The notes: a model not told the origin generated them from the letters alone. Shown: positions 1 to 11,148, numbered from the stretch's first letter. The stretch is DNA of 64,000 bases from Bacteroidota bacterium (GCA_016183805.1 JACPDX010000034.1:1122-65121); one strand, 5' to 3'. Made by a program: numbers and translations.

Positions 1-396
1 ATTAACCCTTCTTCGATTAAAGATGTTGCTGTAGCCATTGTAAAAGAAGCGAATGAGCTTAATCAAGAAGTTTGGAATGTGTATTTAATTAACATGGGTT
101 CAGAAAAAATACACCAAGTTTTAGTTTCCTCGAGAGGATATTTAAAATTAGAAAGCGGAGAAGAAACGAAGACAACCACCTTACGTCACGCATTAGGCGA
201 TATTGAAGCCATGAGTTTTTCCAAAATTGAACCTATTATGGAAGATGTTTTTGGGTTACATAACGAATTTTGGGTAAGTTTTTTTAAAGACAACGAGTTG
301 TTAGATAAAAAATACATTTTTTTGGCAGAAACCATTAAAGACGAAAATCTGATTTCTATTCCAATTCTTTTCAAAAAAGGAATTATGATTAAATAA
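1..396 (+). CDS. Conserved Bacteroidota hypothetical protein, 5'-truncated by window edge
   Basis: Frame +1 is open from base 1 (INPSSIKDVAVAIVKE...WNVYLIN) into the listed ORF; KTTTLRH, LHNEFWVSFF and DKKYIF resemble a common Bacteroidota uncharacterised family. Confidence 0.75.
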   Translation: MNPSSIKDVAVAIVKEANELNQEVWNVYLINMGSEKIHQVLVSSRGYLKLESGEETKTTTLRHALGDIEAMSFSKIEPIMEDVFGLHNEFWVSFFKDNELLDKKYIFLAETIKDENLISIPILFKKGIMIK

Positions 397-427
397 ACCT
401 AACAGGTTTCAAAAACCTGTTAGGTTT
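395..427. repeat. REP-like palindrome / probable terminator
   Basis: AAACCTAACAGGTTT (395-409), CAA loop, AAACCTGTTAGGTTT (413-427), followed by a T run. Confidence 0.75.
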
Positions 428-434
428 TTTTTCC

Positions 435-442
435 TACATTTG
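435..442 (+). promoter_or_regulatory. Bacteroidota primary-sigma -7 element
   Basis: TACATTTG matches TAnnTTTG, 23 nt upstream of ATG 466. Confidence 0.55.
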
Positions 443-465
443 GTTGTCAGTAAAAGAATCCTAAA

Positions 466-1125
466 ATGCTAGAAAATATTAACCTCGAAAATGATGATTT
501 CAAAAAACATTGGGAACACAAATCCAACTTTATTGGAAAAGAAAATGAGACTCCTGCTGAAACCTACTCAAGAGCTGGAATTTATGCCGAATTTGGTAAA
601 ATTGTGTGTATTTCTGTAGGATTTATCAAAATCGAAAATGGACTAAAACAACTTCGATTAAAATCGTTTTACAATCACAATGAAGCGGAATTATTGATTG
701 ATTTTTTTGAATTGTTAAACAAACATTTTAATACTCCACAGCATGTTCTGTGTGCACATAATGGAAAAGAATTTGATTATCCTTACATTGCACGAAGAGG
801 TTTGGTAAATGGATTAAATATCCCAGATATTTTAGATTTAGCAGGTAAAAAACCATGGGAAGTACAACATTTAGATACCTTACAATTGTGGAAATTTGGC
901 GATTATAAGCACTTCACATCGTTAAGTTTATTAACTACAATTTTTAATATTCCTACCCCAAAAGACGATATTGATGGTAGTATGGTAAATAAGGTGTATT
1001 GGGAAGAAAATGATTTAGAAAGAATAGCCATATATTGCCAGAAAGATGTGGTAGCTTTAACTCAATTATTTTTAAGGTTCAGAAACGAACAATTAATTCA
1101 CGAAGATCAAATATTTTACAGTTAA
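466..1125 (+). CDS. DEDD 3'-5' exonuclease (PolB exo2-like), apparently missing the ExoI motif
   Basis: RAGIYAEFGKIVCIS, ExoII HNGKEFDYPYI and ExoIII YCQKDV present; expected N-terminal FLDIET segment absent after MLENINLEN. Confidence 0.8.
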   Translation: MLENINLENDDFKKHWEHKSNFIGKENETPAETYSRAGIYAEFGKIVCISVGFIKIENGLKQLRLKSFYNHNEAELLIDFFELLNKHFNTPQHVLCAHNGKEFDYPYIARRGLVNGLNIPDILDLAGKKPWEVQHLDTLQLWKFGDYKHFTSLSLLTTIFNIPTPKDDIDGSMVNKVYWEENDLERIAIYCQKDVVALTQLFLRFRNEQLIHEDQIFYS

Positions 1126-1129
1126 TCAA

Positions 1130-1738
1130 ATGATTATCAATTTTTTAAGAAGAATTCTGAAAATCAACATCTTACTTCCCCTCTATCAAGAGGGGCAAGG
1201 AGTGTGTAATCAAAAAACACAATTTTTAGAACTCTTCTTAAAAAAATTCAACTTTTTAACTTTAATCATCCTACTAACTATTTTTTCGTGTAAAAAAGCA
1301 ACTTCCCCACATTTTGATGCCATTGTAAAATCTGAACAAGGAATTTTTAGAGGTGTTGAAATTGGAAACACCATTGAAGAAGTTAAGGTATTAGAAAACA
1401 CGACTTTTTTAGTTGATAATATGCCCGAATATTTGTATTACGACTACAAATTAGATATGGGTAATAGTTATACTATTTCGTACGATTTTTCACAAAATAG
1501 TCTTTATGAAATTGAGCTTTCAGCTTATTTCGATAAAATTGATGATGCTAATAATTTATTTACAGAATTGACATCACATTTTTTTGAACGTTATGGAAAA
1601 AGTAAAATTGCAACCGATGGCTACACCTCTTGGCGGACAAAAAGTAAAAAAACAGGCAATATTATCGAAATTGCTATGATAAACGATAGTCAGGAATACG
1701 GTTACATTTCTATCCTAATTAGCGACTTAAATTATTGA
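1130..1738 (+). CDS. Hypothetical lipoprotein (start uncertain)
   Basis: KKFNFLTLIILLTIFS-C lipobox at about residue 54; preceding N-terminal segment contains a GC-rich hairpin. Confidence 0.65.
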   Translation: MIINFLRRILKINILLPLYQEGQGVCNQKTQFLELFLKKFNFLTLIILLTIFSCKKATSPHFDAIVKSEQGIFRGVEIGNTIEEVKVLENTTFLVDNMPEYLYYDYKLDMGNSYTISYDFSQNSLYEIELSAYFDKIDDANNLFTELTSHFFERYGKSKIATDGYTSWRTKSKKTGNIIEIAMINDSQEYGYISILISDLNY

Positions 1739-1855
1739 TTGATAAGGAATAAATGTTCATTCATCTAATCTTTTATCAGGTATTAAGGTCGATAGTTGTT
1801 TAATCTTTTTTTTAAACTTATCTTTAAAGCCTTTTTTAAGTATATAATTCAATTC

Positions 1856-3664
1856 ATGGAAAACAGAACGCTTTTAGAAATCAAAAATTTAGTTACTGAG
1901 TTTAGAACTGAAGAAGAAACCGTTAAAGCTGTAAATGATGTGTCTTTTACACTTAACAGAGGTGAAACCATTGGTATAGTCGGTGAGTCAGGGTCAGGTA
2001 AATCGGTTACTTCACTTTCGGTAATGAGGTTAATTCCGAGCCCTCCCGGAAGAATAGTTTCCGGCGAAATGCTTTTTTACTCACAACATGGTGTGATTGA
2101 TTTAGCTAAAACTCCTGAAAGAACCATGAGAACATTTCGAGGTAACGAAATTGCCATGATTTTTCAGGAACCAATGACATCATTAAATCCTGTTTATACT
2201 TGTGGAGACCAAGTTGCCGAAGCAATTATTGTTCATCAAAAAGTGAATAAAAAAGAAGCCAAATTAAGAACCATAGAATTATTTAAAAAAGTACAATTAC
2301 CACGCCCTGAAGTCATTTTTGACACCTATCCACATCAAATTTCGGGTGGGCAAAAACAACGGGTAATGATTGCTATGGCAATGTCGTGCAATCCTTCTAT
2401 TTTAATTGCTGACGAACCTACTACCGCACTTGACGTAACTGTTCAAAAAACCATTTTGGAGTTGATGAACAAACTACAATTAGAGCATGATATGGGTATC
2501 ATGTTTATTACACACGATTTAGGTGTAATTGCAGAATTAGCCGATAAAGTAGTGGTAATGTACAAAGGTAAAGTGGTTGAACAAGGTTCTGTATTGGAAA
2601 TATTTAATAACCCACAACATCCATATACCAAAGGTTTATTAGCTTGCCGTCCACCATTAAACAAACGATTGAAATGGTTGCCAACTGTTGCCGATTTTAT
2701 GACAATTGATAATGAAGGCATCATGCACGAAACCAACAAATCGGTTGAGGAAGTTACCAACAGTTTGATTATTTCGAAAGAAGAAACTGACAAACAACAC
2801 GAAATTCTTTATGCAAAAGAACCTGTGTTGCAAATTAAAAATCTTAAAACATACTTCCCTATCAGCAAAGGATTGTTTGGTAAATCAACAGAATATGTAA
2901 AAGCGGTAGATGATATTACTTTTGATGTTTATCCCGGAGAAACACTTGGCTTAGTTGGGGAGTCGGGTTGTGGTAAAACAACATTAGGACGAACTATATT
3001 AAAATTAATAGAACCCACTGAAGGACAAATAATATTTGAAGGGCACGATTTAACTCATTTAGGAGCAAAAGATATGCGGGAGTATAGAAAAAAAATGCAA
3101 ATTATTTTTCAAGATCCATACTCCTCTTTAAATCCAAGAATTACCATTGGCGAAGCCATTATGGAACCAATGAAAGTTCACGGTGTTTTAGCAAATGATG
3201 CTGAACGAAAAGCACGTGTAATGGAATTGCTGAGAAGAGTAAACTTGCCGGAACACCATTTTTATCGTTATCCACATGAGTTTTCTGGTGGTCAACGTCA
3301 ACGTATTTGTATAGCACGTTCACTATCTTTAAATCCTCGCTTTATCATTTGTGATGAATCTGTTTCTGCGTTAGATGTTTCTGTTCAAGCACAAGTTTTA
3401 AACTTGTTAAATGAGTTGAAACAAGAATTTGGATTTACCTATATTTTTATTTCTCACGATTTATCGGTGGTTAAATTTATGAGCGATAGAATGATAGTGA
3501 TGAATCAAGGAAAAATTGAAGAAATGGGCTTGGCTGATGACATTTACAACAATCCACAAACAGAATATACCAAAAAATTAATTGGTGCAATTCCTAAAGG
3601 TGAGTTGGAAGATATTAAAGCGGCTATTGCTAAGAAAAAAGCTAATTTGAGAGCAGAGGTTTAA
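1856..3664 (+). CDS. Peptide/nickel-type ABC transporter ATP-binding protein with two fused ATPase domains
   Basis: Two Walker A motifs ([16 protein letters not shown]), two signatures ([16 protein letters not shown]), Walker [10 protein letters not shown] and CDESVSALD; ATG 1856 preferred over TTG 1796. Confidence 0.92.
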   Translation: MENRTLLEIKNLVTEFRTEEETVKAVNDVSFTLNRGETIGIVGESGSGKSVTSLSVMRLIPSPPGRIVSGEMLFYSQHGVIDLAKTPERTMRTFRGNEIAMIFQEPMTSLNPVYTCGDQVAEAIIVHQKVNKKEAKLRTIELFKKVQLPRPEVIFDTYPHQISGGQKQRVMIAMAMSCNPSILIADEPTTALDVTVQKTILELMNKLQLEHDMGIMFITHDLGVIAELADKVVVMYKGKVVEQGSVLEIFNNPQHPYTKGLLACRPPLNKRLKWLPTVADFMTIDNEGIMHETNKSVEEVTNSLIISKEETDKQHEILYAKEPVLQIKNLKTYFPISKGLFGKSTEYVKAVDDITFDVYPGETLGLVGESGCGKTTLGRTILKLIEPTEGQIIFEGHDLTHLGAKDMREYRKKMQIIFQDPYSSLNPRITIGEAIMEPMKVHGVLANDAERKARVMELLRRVNLPEHHFYRYPHEFSGGQRQRICIARSLSLNPRFIICDESVSALDVSVQAQVLNLLNELKQEFGFTYIFISHDLSVVKFMSDRMIVMNQGKIEEMGLADDIYNNPQTEYTKKLIGAIPKGELEDIKAAIAKKKANLRAEV

Positions 3665-3954
3665 AAATTTAATTTCTGTTGTTTATTTTTTATCAAGTTT
3701 AGTTTAATCTCATCCATATTTTTAAGTTGAGAAGTAATGGGTTTGTTATTGAGCTTGATAAATTCCTGAATAATAAAACTTTTTAGGTTTTGTTTGTCCA
3801 ACAACATGTCTTTCAATTCAAAATCTTTATCATCGGCATTTACAATAATCAGGTTAAACAAATCTTCCATCAAGGCAATTTCCATCGATTCTTTAAGTAT
3901 CAAGTTGTACTTTTTTATTAGGGCTTTAAGTTTTATTTGTTGTGCTTTGGTCAT
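3661..3954 (-). CDS. Hypothetical protein
   Basis: Open frame from ATG 3954 (or TTG 3978); stop overlaps the ABC gene stop; no recognised motif. Confidence 0.45.
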   Translation of the reverse strand: MTKAQQIKLKALIKKYNLILKESMEIALMEDLFNLIIVNADDKDFELKDMLLDKQNLKSFIIQEFIKLNNKPITSQLKNMDEIKLNLIKNKQQKLNF

Positions 3955-4006
3955 TTTGTTCGGTTGGAATTTGCTCAAGCTAATTTAAGCATTAAATTGC
4001 AATTTT

Positions 4007-4039
4007 AGAAGCCAAGCTTTCTTAAAAAGCTTGGCTTCT
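4007..4039. repeat. REP-like palindrome
   Basis: AGAAGCCAAGCTTT, CTTAA loop, AAAGCTTGGCTTCT; near-identical copy at 17230-17262. Confidence 0.7.
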
Positions 4040-4051
4040 TTTTTCGCTGTC

Positions 4052-4134
4052 GTCTTTCCTGGGAAGGCAGGAGTCTAGTTTTTTATTTATTGGTTTCTGG
4101 CTATCTTATCTTCGTTTCACTTCGTAAGGAATGA
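4052..4134. repeat. Degenerate REP doublet (GTCATTCC...GGAATGAC-like class)
   Basis: GTCTTTCCTGGGAAGGCAGGAGTCT (4052-4076) and CTTCGTTTCACTTCGTAAGGAATGA (4110-4134) resemble common Flavobacteriales intergenic repeats. Confidence 0.4.
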
Positions 4135-4256
4135 AGTTGGACAAAAAAAGTCTAAAACTAATAATTGGAGTGTGATTTAAATAATAACGTTGGACAACAA
4201 TTTTTATATTGGCGTTAATTAAGGAATTTTTTAACTTTTTTTGTTTTTTATTTCAT

Positions 4257-4676
4257 CTATATCAGGGGAGTCCAGATCATCTGGATGCTTGTGTTATTAC
4301 GAATAACTCCTTCAATATAAGTCATTGTGAGAACCTTGGTCTTTGACACCCTCCATTCGTGACCATCATTGTCTCTGTATCCACAATGCTTATTCACTTC
4401 ATCATCAGGATACCAGAATTGGAATTCTTCATGTGGAATGGGTGTAATTTGTTTTACTAATATTGGGATTCGTTTACCATCAATTTTTTTTGTAAGAATT
4501 ATAGCTTTTTTACCAATAGAGAAAATAAAATCACCATCTAAACTATAATCAATTTCATCTTTTGTTAGAATTATTTCATCTATGGGCATAGTGTTGCCGA
4601 ATATTGTTCTAAGATATAACCATTTACTTATTCGGTCTATACAATAAATTTCTTTAATTATTTGTTCTTTGGTCAT
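4257..4676 (-). CDS. Hypothetical protein
   Basis: About 139-codon open frame from ATG 4676 in AT-rich DNA; no recognised motif. Confidence 0.55.
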   Translation of the reverse strand: MTKEQIIKEIYCIDRISKWLYLRTIFGNTMPIDEIILTKDEIDYSLDGDFIFSIGKKAIILTKKIDGKRIPILVKQITPIPHEEFQFWYPDDEVNKHCGYRDNDGHEWRVSKTKVLTMTYIEGVIRNNTSIQMIWTPLI

Positions 4677-4732
4677 AAGCAATAAATTTACTCAAATAAA
4701 TAAAAACATCTTGTCATCTAATTAAAAAATAT

Positions 4733-4740
4733 TATTTTTG
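4733..4740 (+). promoter_or_regulatory. -7 promoter element for tRNA-Leu
   Basis: TATTTTTG, 10 nt upstream of the tRNA. Confidence 0.65.
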
Positions 4741-4750
4741 CAGTCCTTTT

Positions 4751-4832
4751 GCAGGCGTGGTGGAAGTGGTAGACACGCTAGACTTAGGATCTAGTGCCGC
4801 GAGGTGTGAGAGTTCGAGTCTCTCCGCCTGTA
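4751..4832 (+). tRNA. tRNA-Leu (anticodon UAG)
   Basis: Acceptor GCAGGCG/CGCCTGT, anticodon arm CTAGA-CTTAGGA-TCTAG, long variable arm, T loop TTCGAGT, discriminator A; full CCA not encoded; upstream of tig as commonly found. Confidence 0.96.
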
Positions 4833-4838
4833 CAAAAG

Positions 4839-4873
4839 AAAAAGGTACAAGGTTTTTGCCTTGTACCTTTTTT
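4839..4873 (+). terminator. Intrinsic terminator after tRNA-Leu
   Basis: AAAAAGGTACAAGG / CCTTGTACCTTTTT hairpin with T tail. Confidence 0.8.
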
Positions 4874-4912
4874 AAGTTTTAAACTAATTATTTTTCATAA
4901 AAAGTATTACGA

Positions 4913-6268
4913 ATGAACATTACACAAGAAAAAATAGACCAGTTAAATGCTGTAATTAAAATACAGTTGTCGGAAGCTGATTATAAAAAAAATGTAGATA
5001 AAGTACTAAAAGACTACCAAAACAAAGCCACAGTTCCTGGTTTTAGAAAAGGGCATGTGCCTATGGGAATGGTTAAAAAAATGGTAGGCGTTAATGCAAT
5101 GGTGGATGAAATCAATAAGGTGTTGTCAGCATCCTTGCAACAATATATCAACGATGAAAAACTGGATGTTTTAGGAAATCCACTTCCAAAATTAAACGAA
5201 CAAGAAAAAATTGATTGGGAAAACCAAAAAGATTTTGAATTCAGATATGATGTTGGTTTAGCACCAAAATTTGAATTAGAGTTAAGCGATAAATTAAAAT
5301 TCGACCAATACGTTATTAAAGTATCCAAAAACGATATCAATAAATATATAGAAGATTTATCGAGAAGATATGGTAAAATGACTAATCCAGAAGTTTCTGA
5401 TGCTGACGATATGTTGTTTGGTAAATTTGAAGAGTTAGAAAATGGAGAATTTAAAGCAGGAGGAATCGTTCATTCTTCAGTGGTTATTATTAAATCGGTA
5501 ACCGATTCATCGTTACAAAAAAAATTAACAGGCTTAAAAGCTGGTGATGTTGTTGAATTTGACCCTAAAAAAGTTTCAGAACACGAAAGTGATGTGGCTA
5601 CTGCTCTTGGCGTACATGTAAACGAGCTAAAAGGCATTACCAATAAATTTAGATATACGGTTGAGAAAATCAACAAAATCCTTCCTGCCGAAGTAAATCA
5701 AGAATTGTTTGATAAAGTTTTTGGTACTAATAAAATTACTTCCGAACAAGAATTTAGAGGTAAAATTGAAGAGCAACTATCGCAAGGGCTTATTGTAGAT
5801 AGCGATAGGAAATTAAAATCGGATATTCAGGAAGAATTGTTCAAAAAATTAAATCTTGCTTTGCCTGATGCATTTTTGAAAAGATGGATTGCTGCTACCA
5901 ACGAAAAACCTGTAACACCTGAACAAATTGAACAGGATTATGACCAATATTCAAAAGAATTAAAATGGCAATTAATCGAAAATAAAATCATCAAACAATT
6001 TGATATTAAAGTTTCAAACCCTGAAGTAGTAGAATATACCAAAGGATTACTTAAAAATCAATTGGCAAGTATGGGTTTGCCAACAGATGATGATAAAGAT
6101 TTAACTGAAACTGCCAACAGGGTTTTGCATAATCAGGAAGAAGCAAGAAATATTTATATGATGCTTTATGATATAAAAATGATGGAAATGTTTAAATCCA
6201 CTTTTAAACTAAATAAAAAAGAAATCTCGTATGAAGATTTTGCCAAAATAGCTTACAACAAAAAATAA
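4913..6268 (+). CDS. tig: Trigger factor
   Basis: Ribosome-binding signature VPGFRKGHVP; 451 aa; tRNA-Leu-tig-clpP order. Confidence 0.95.
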   Translation: MNITQEKIDQLNAVIKIQLSEADYKKNVDKVLKDYQNKATVPGFRKGHVPMGMVKKMVGVNAMVDEINKVLSASLQQYINDEKLDVLGNPLPKLNEQEKIDWENQKDFEFRYDVGLAPKFELELSDKLKFDQYVIKVSKNDINKYIEDLSRRYGKMTNPEVSDADDMLFGKFEELENGEFKAGGIVHSSVVIIKSVTDSSLQKKLTGLKAGDVVEFDPKKVSEHESDVATALGVHVNELKGITNKFRYTVEKINKILPAEVNQELFDKVFGTNKITSEQEFRGKIEEQLSQGLIVDSDRKLKSDIQEELFKKLNLALPDAFLKRWIAATNEKPVTPEQIEQDYDQYSKELKWQLIENKIIKQFDIKVSNPEVVEYTKGLLKNQLASMGLPTDDDKDLTETANRVLHNQEEARNIYMMLYDIKMMEMFKSTFKLNKKEISYEDFAKIAYNKK

Positions 6269-6276
6269 TAAGATTT

Positions 6277-6304
6277 AGCCTCGCAATTTTGCGAGGCTTT
6301 TTTT
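6277..6304 (+). terminator. Intrinsic terminator after tig
   Basis: AGCCTCGCAA / TTGCGAGGCT plus T run. Confidence 0.85.
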
Positions 6305-6306
6305 AT

Positions 6307-6335
6307 CTTTTGGAAAGTTTAAAACTTTCCAAAAG
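6307..6335. repeat. REP-like palindrome
   Basis: CTTTTGGAAAGTTT-A-AAACTTTCCAAAAG directly behind a separate terminator. Confidence 0.7.
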
Positions 6336-6363
6336 TTCTTTCTACAAATAAAGCTTTAAATAC

Positions 6364-6371
6364 TAAATTTG
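6364..6371 (+). promoter_or_regulatory. -7 promoter element for clpP
   Basis: TAAATTTG between the tig terminator and clpP ATG. Confidence 0.6.
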
Positions 6372-6411
6372 TCGAGTCAATTTTAACGCAAAATCAAAAC
6401 CCAAAATAATT

Positions 6412-7089
6412 ATGTTTGATAAAGACGAATTCAGAAAATATGCAACTAAACACCGAGGAATTAGTAGTTTAGTTTATGATCAGTACCAATCTATTCACGC
6501 CGATTATATTTCGCCAACAATTATCGAAGAACGCCAAATGAATGTTGCTTCAATGGATGTTTTTTCTCGTTTAATGATGGATAGAATTATTTTTATGGGA
6601 ACAGGTATAAACGATTATGTAGCAAACATTATCCAAGCACAATTGCTTTTTTTAGAATCGGTTGATGCCAAAAAAGATATACAAATTTATGTAAACTCTC
6701 CGGGTGGAGGTGTTTATGCAGGTTTAGGAATTTATGATACCATGCAATATATTGCACCCGATGTAGCTACCATTTGTACTGGTATGGCAGCCTCTATGGG
6801 TGCTGTATTGTTGTGTGCCGGTGCTGCTGGTAAAAGAACCGCATTACCTCACTCAAGAGTAATGATTCACCAGCCGCTTGGTGGAGCTCAAGGACAAGCT
6901 TCCGACATCGAAATTACCGCTCGCGAAATTCAAAAATTAAAAGTTGAATTGTACGAAATTATTGCAAAACATTCCAATCAACCCTACGACAAAGTATGGG
7001 CTGATAGCGATAGAGATTGCTGGATGATTGCAAAAGAAGCCAAAGAATATGGAATGATTGATGAAGTTCTAGTTAGAGATAAGAAATAA
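6412..7089 (+). CDS. clpP: ATP-dependent Clp protease proteolytic subunit
   Basis: YVNSPGG, GMAASMG (catalytic Ser), RVMIHQP (His), DRD motif. Confidence 0.97.
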   Translation: MFDKDEFRKYATKHRGISSLVYDQYQSIHADYISPTIIEERQMNVASMDVFSRLMMDRIIFMGTGINDYVANIIQAQLLFLESVDAKKDIQIYVNSPGGGVYAGLGIYDTMQYIAPDVATICTGMAASMGAVLLCAGAAGKRTALPHSRVMIHQPLGGAQGQASDIEITAREIQKLKVELYEIIAKHSNQPYDKVWADSDRDCWMIAKEAKEYGMIDEVLVRDKK

Positions 7090-7095
7090 ATCAAA

Positions 7096-7125
7096 TAAAA
7101 AGCAACCAATATTGGTTGCTTTTTA
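7096..7125 (+). terminator. Palindromic terminator after clpP
   Basis: TAAAAAGCAACCAAT/ATTGGTTGCTTTTTA perfect inverted repeat. Confidence 0.7.
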
Positions 7126-7152
7126 TTTTTAATACTAAACCAAATAATATAA

Positions 7153-8442
<1,290 letters not shown>

Positions 8443-8473
8443 AAAACAACTGCAAAACACAGTTGCTTTTATG

Positions 8474-8505
8474 AAGCCCTGAAGTTAAAATTCAGGGCTT
8501 TTTTT
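8474..8505 (+). terminator. Intrinsic terminator after eno
   Basis: AAGCCCTGAA / TTCAGGGCTT plus T run. Confidence 0.8.
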
Positions 8506-8542
8506 ATTTTTTAAAAATCATGAAACTATTTCAGTCGTTTTA

Positions 8543-8574
8543 TTTGGAAATCAAAGTTTCCTTCGTTAAATTCG
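8543..8574 (+). promoter_or_regulatory. Probable gltA promoter
   Basis: TTTG (8543-8546), 20-nt spacer, TAAATTCG (8567-8574; one mismatch to TAnnTTTG). Confidence 0.5.
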
Positions 8575-8614
8575 TAGAGCAAATCGAATATTCACTGATA
8601 AAAAACACATAATC

Positions 8615-9916
8615 ATGTCTGAAACAGCAAAATTAGAACTTAATGGGAAGGTTTTCGAATTCCCCGTTATGGAAGGTACTGAAAATGAGAAAGCAATTGA
8701 CATCTCAAAACTCAGAGATTTAACAGGGTACATTACCATGGATCAAGGGTTTAAAAATACTGGAGCTTGTTCGAGTTCCGTAACCTTTTTAGATGGCGAA
8801 TTGGGTATTTTAAAGTATCGTGGTTACAATATCGAAGATTTGGCAGAAAAGTCTAACTTTTTAGAGGTTTCGTTCCTGCTTATTTTTGGAAATCTTCCAA
8901 CCAAAGCAGAATTAGAAAATTTCGAAAATGACATCAGAAAATATACGTTAGTAAACGAGGAAATGAAGGGCATTATTGATGGCTTCCCTAAATCGGCTCA
9001 TCCAATGGGTATTCTTGCTTCATTAACAAGTGCTCTCACAGCATTTAATCCGAAATCGGTTAACGCGAACAACGATAAAGAAATGTATGATGCTGTTTGT
9101 AAAACCATGGGTAAATTCTTGGTTATTGCTACTTGGACCTACAGAAAAAATATGGGGTATCCGTTGAATTATTATGATAATACCAAAGGATACGTGGAAA
9201 ATTTTATGCGTTTAATGTTTGAATTACCAACAGGTCCATACAAAATTGATCCTGTTGTTGTACAAGCTTTAGATAAATTATTCATTTTACATGCTGACCA
9301 CGAACAAAACTGTTCTACATCTACAGTAAGAATTGTTGGTTCTTCACATGCCGGTTTATTTGCTTCTATTTCTGCAGGAGTTTCAGCACTTTGGGGCCCA
9401 CTTCACGGTGGTGCAAATCAAGCTGTATTGGAAATGTTGGAAGAAATTAGAGTAAATGGAGGTGATGTGGCCAAATTTGTGTTAAAAGCTAAAGATAAAG
9501 ATGATCCATTCCGTTTAATGGGTTTTGGACACAGGGTTTACAAAAACTTCGATCCAAGAGCTAAAATCATTAAAAAAGCAGCTGATGATGTGTTAAATAG
9601 AATGGGCATTCAAGATCCGATTTTAGAAATTGCTAAACAATTAGAACAAACTGCATTACAAGATGAATATTTTAAATCAAGAAATTTGTATCCAAACGTT
9701 GATTTCTACTCAGGTATTATTTATCGTGCTTTAGGTATCCCAACCGATATGTTTACTGTTATGTTTGCAATAGGTCGTTTACCGGGATGGATTGCTCAAT
9801 GGAAAGAGATGAGAGTTAATAAAGAGCCAATTGGTCGTCCACGTCAAATTTTCACAGGTTCTACCAATCTCAAATATGTTGATATTTCGAAACGGTTAGA
9901 ATTTCAAAAGTTATAA
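8615..9916 (+). CDS. gltA: Citrate synthase
   Basis: LHADHEQNCSTS, GPLHGGANQ, MGFGHRVYK, YPNVDFYSG. Confidence 0.97.
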   Translation: MSETAKLELNGKVFEFPVMEGTENEKAIDISKLRDLTGYITMDQGFKNTGACSSSVTFLDGELGILKYRGYNIEDLAEKSNFLEVSFLLIFGNLPTKAELENFENDIRKYTLVNEEMKGIIDGFPKSAHPMGILASLTSALTAFNPKSVNANNDKEMYDAVCKTMGKFLVIATWTYRKNMGYPLNYYDNTKGYVENFMRLMFELPTGPYKIDPVVVQALDKLFILHADHEQNCSTSTVRIVGSSHAGLFASISAGVSALWGPLHGGANQAVLEMLEEIRVNGGDVAKFVLKAKDKDDPFRLMGFGHRVYKNFDPRAKIIKKAADDVLNRMGIQDPILEIAKQLEQTALQDEYFKSRNLYPNVDFYSGIIYRALGIPTDMFTVMFAIGRLPGWIAQWKEMRVNKEPIGRPRQIFTGSTNLKYVDISKRLEFQKL

Positions 9917-9938
9917 TTAACATAACTGTATAAATTAG

Positions 9939-9968
9939 AAGGTTGTTCGGAAGAACAACCTTTTTTTT
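9939..9968 (+). terminator. Intrinsic terminator after gltA
   Basis: AAGGTTGTTC-GGAA-GAACAACCTT plus T run. Confidence 0.85.
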
Positions 9969-10033
9969 GATATAAAATTAGAGGAGGAGTTATACCGCTA
10001 TGCTTGAACATATTTTGTCGAACTGTGGTTGCT

Positions 10034-10354
10034 TTAGAGCTCCTCTTTTAATTCTAATAAGAATTTTTTTATCTTTTCTAGTGATGTAATCAACTCCACA
10101 TTTTCGATAGTTTCTTTTCTGCTGTTCTTGAGCTTGTTTTTAGCTCCATCTAAAGTAAAACCTCTTTCTTTTACCAAGTGATAGATAATTTTAAGGTTAT
10201 CAATGTCTTGAATAGTAAATAAACGATTGCCTTTGTTGTTTTTCTTCGGTTTAATAATGTCGAACTCTTTTTCCCAAAAACGGATTAAAGAAGCATTAAC
10301 GTTAAACATTTCTGCAACTTCACCAATTGAGTAATATAATTTTGAGTCTGACAT
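10034..10354 (-). CDS. MerR-family transcriptional regulator
   Basis: YYSIGEVAEMFNVNASLIRFWEKEF HTH and GNRLFT wing. Confidence 0.9.
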   Translation of the reverse strand: MSDSKLYYSIGEVAEMFNVNASLIRFWEKEFDIIKPKKNNKGNRLFTIQDIDNLKIIYHLVKERGFTLDGAKNKLKNSRKETIENVELITSLEKIKKFLLELKEEL

Positions 10355-10398
10355 TGAACAAATTTATTAAAAAAGAACTGAAGAATCCAAGTATAATT

Positions 10399-11148
10399 TT
10401 ATTTGTAATATTTTAAAAGCAATTTTTCTCCATCAAATACAGCGTAAGAGTTATAATTAATCCATTCACCTAAATTAATATAAGATGATTTTTCGTTTAA
10501 TTTGATTTCAATGGGTAAGTGTCGATGACCAAAAATAAAATAATCGATGTGCTCTTTTTTTAAATAATCTTTTGCAAAAATGGCTAACCATTCATTTTCT
10601 TCTCCCAGAAATTGCTCATCATATCCGGCATTTACTTTTCTGCTTTTGTGACTCCAATAGTTAGCAATACCCATTCCTAAATTGGGATGTAATCTGGCAA
10701 AAGCCCATTGGCAGAGTTTATTGGCGAAAATTTTCTTTATCATTTTATAACCGTAATCTCCTGGACCTAAACCATCTCCATGACCAATAAAAATTTTTTT
10801 TCCGTTAAACGTTTTAACCACATTCCCTTCTATCATTTTAACACCAAGTTCTTTTGGAATATAATCAAAAATCCACATGTCGTGATTTCCTCTAAAAACA
10901 AAAATATCAATGCCTTTGTCAGTCAGTTCTGCAATTTTTCCTTGTAATCTCACAAAACCTTTAGGAATAGCGTGTCTATATTCGAACCAAAAATCAAAAA
11001 TATCACCAACAAGGTAAATTTCTTTAGCATCTTTACTGATTTCATCCAGCCATTTCACAATTCTTTTTTCACGAATTAAACTCTCCTCATAGTTTGGAGC
11101 TCCTAGATGAAAATCTGAGGCAAAATATATGTTTGTTTTGGTGTTCAT
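10399..11148 (-). CDS. lpxH: UDP-2,3-diacylglucosamine diphosphatase (LpxH-like metallophosphoesterase)
   Basis: SDFHLG, GDIFD, GNHD, HGD and GHRH calcineurin-like motifs. Confidence 0.85.
   Translation of the reverse strand: MNTKTNIYFASDFHLGAPNYEESLIREKRIVKWLDEISKDAKEIYLVGDIFDFWFEYRHAIPKGFVRLQGKIAELTDKGIDIFVFRGNHDMWIFDYIPKELGVKMIEGNVVKTFNGKKIFIGHGDGLGPGDYGYKMIKKIFANKLCQWAFARLHPNLGMGIANYWSHKSRKVNAGYDEQFLGEENEWLAIFAKDYLKKEHIDYFIFGHRHLPIEIKLNEKSSYINLGEWINYNSYAVFDGEKLLLKYYK

Noticed and set aside
1796-1855. N-terminal extensions from upstream TTG starts (also 30854, 37638, 42933, 59386)
   Set aside because: Downstream starts fit family N-termini, promoter positions or stop-start overlaps better
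4751-4900. tRNA-Leu as an integration site
   Set aside because: No integrase and no duplicated tRNA 3' end seen; tig follows directly
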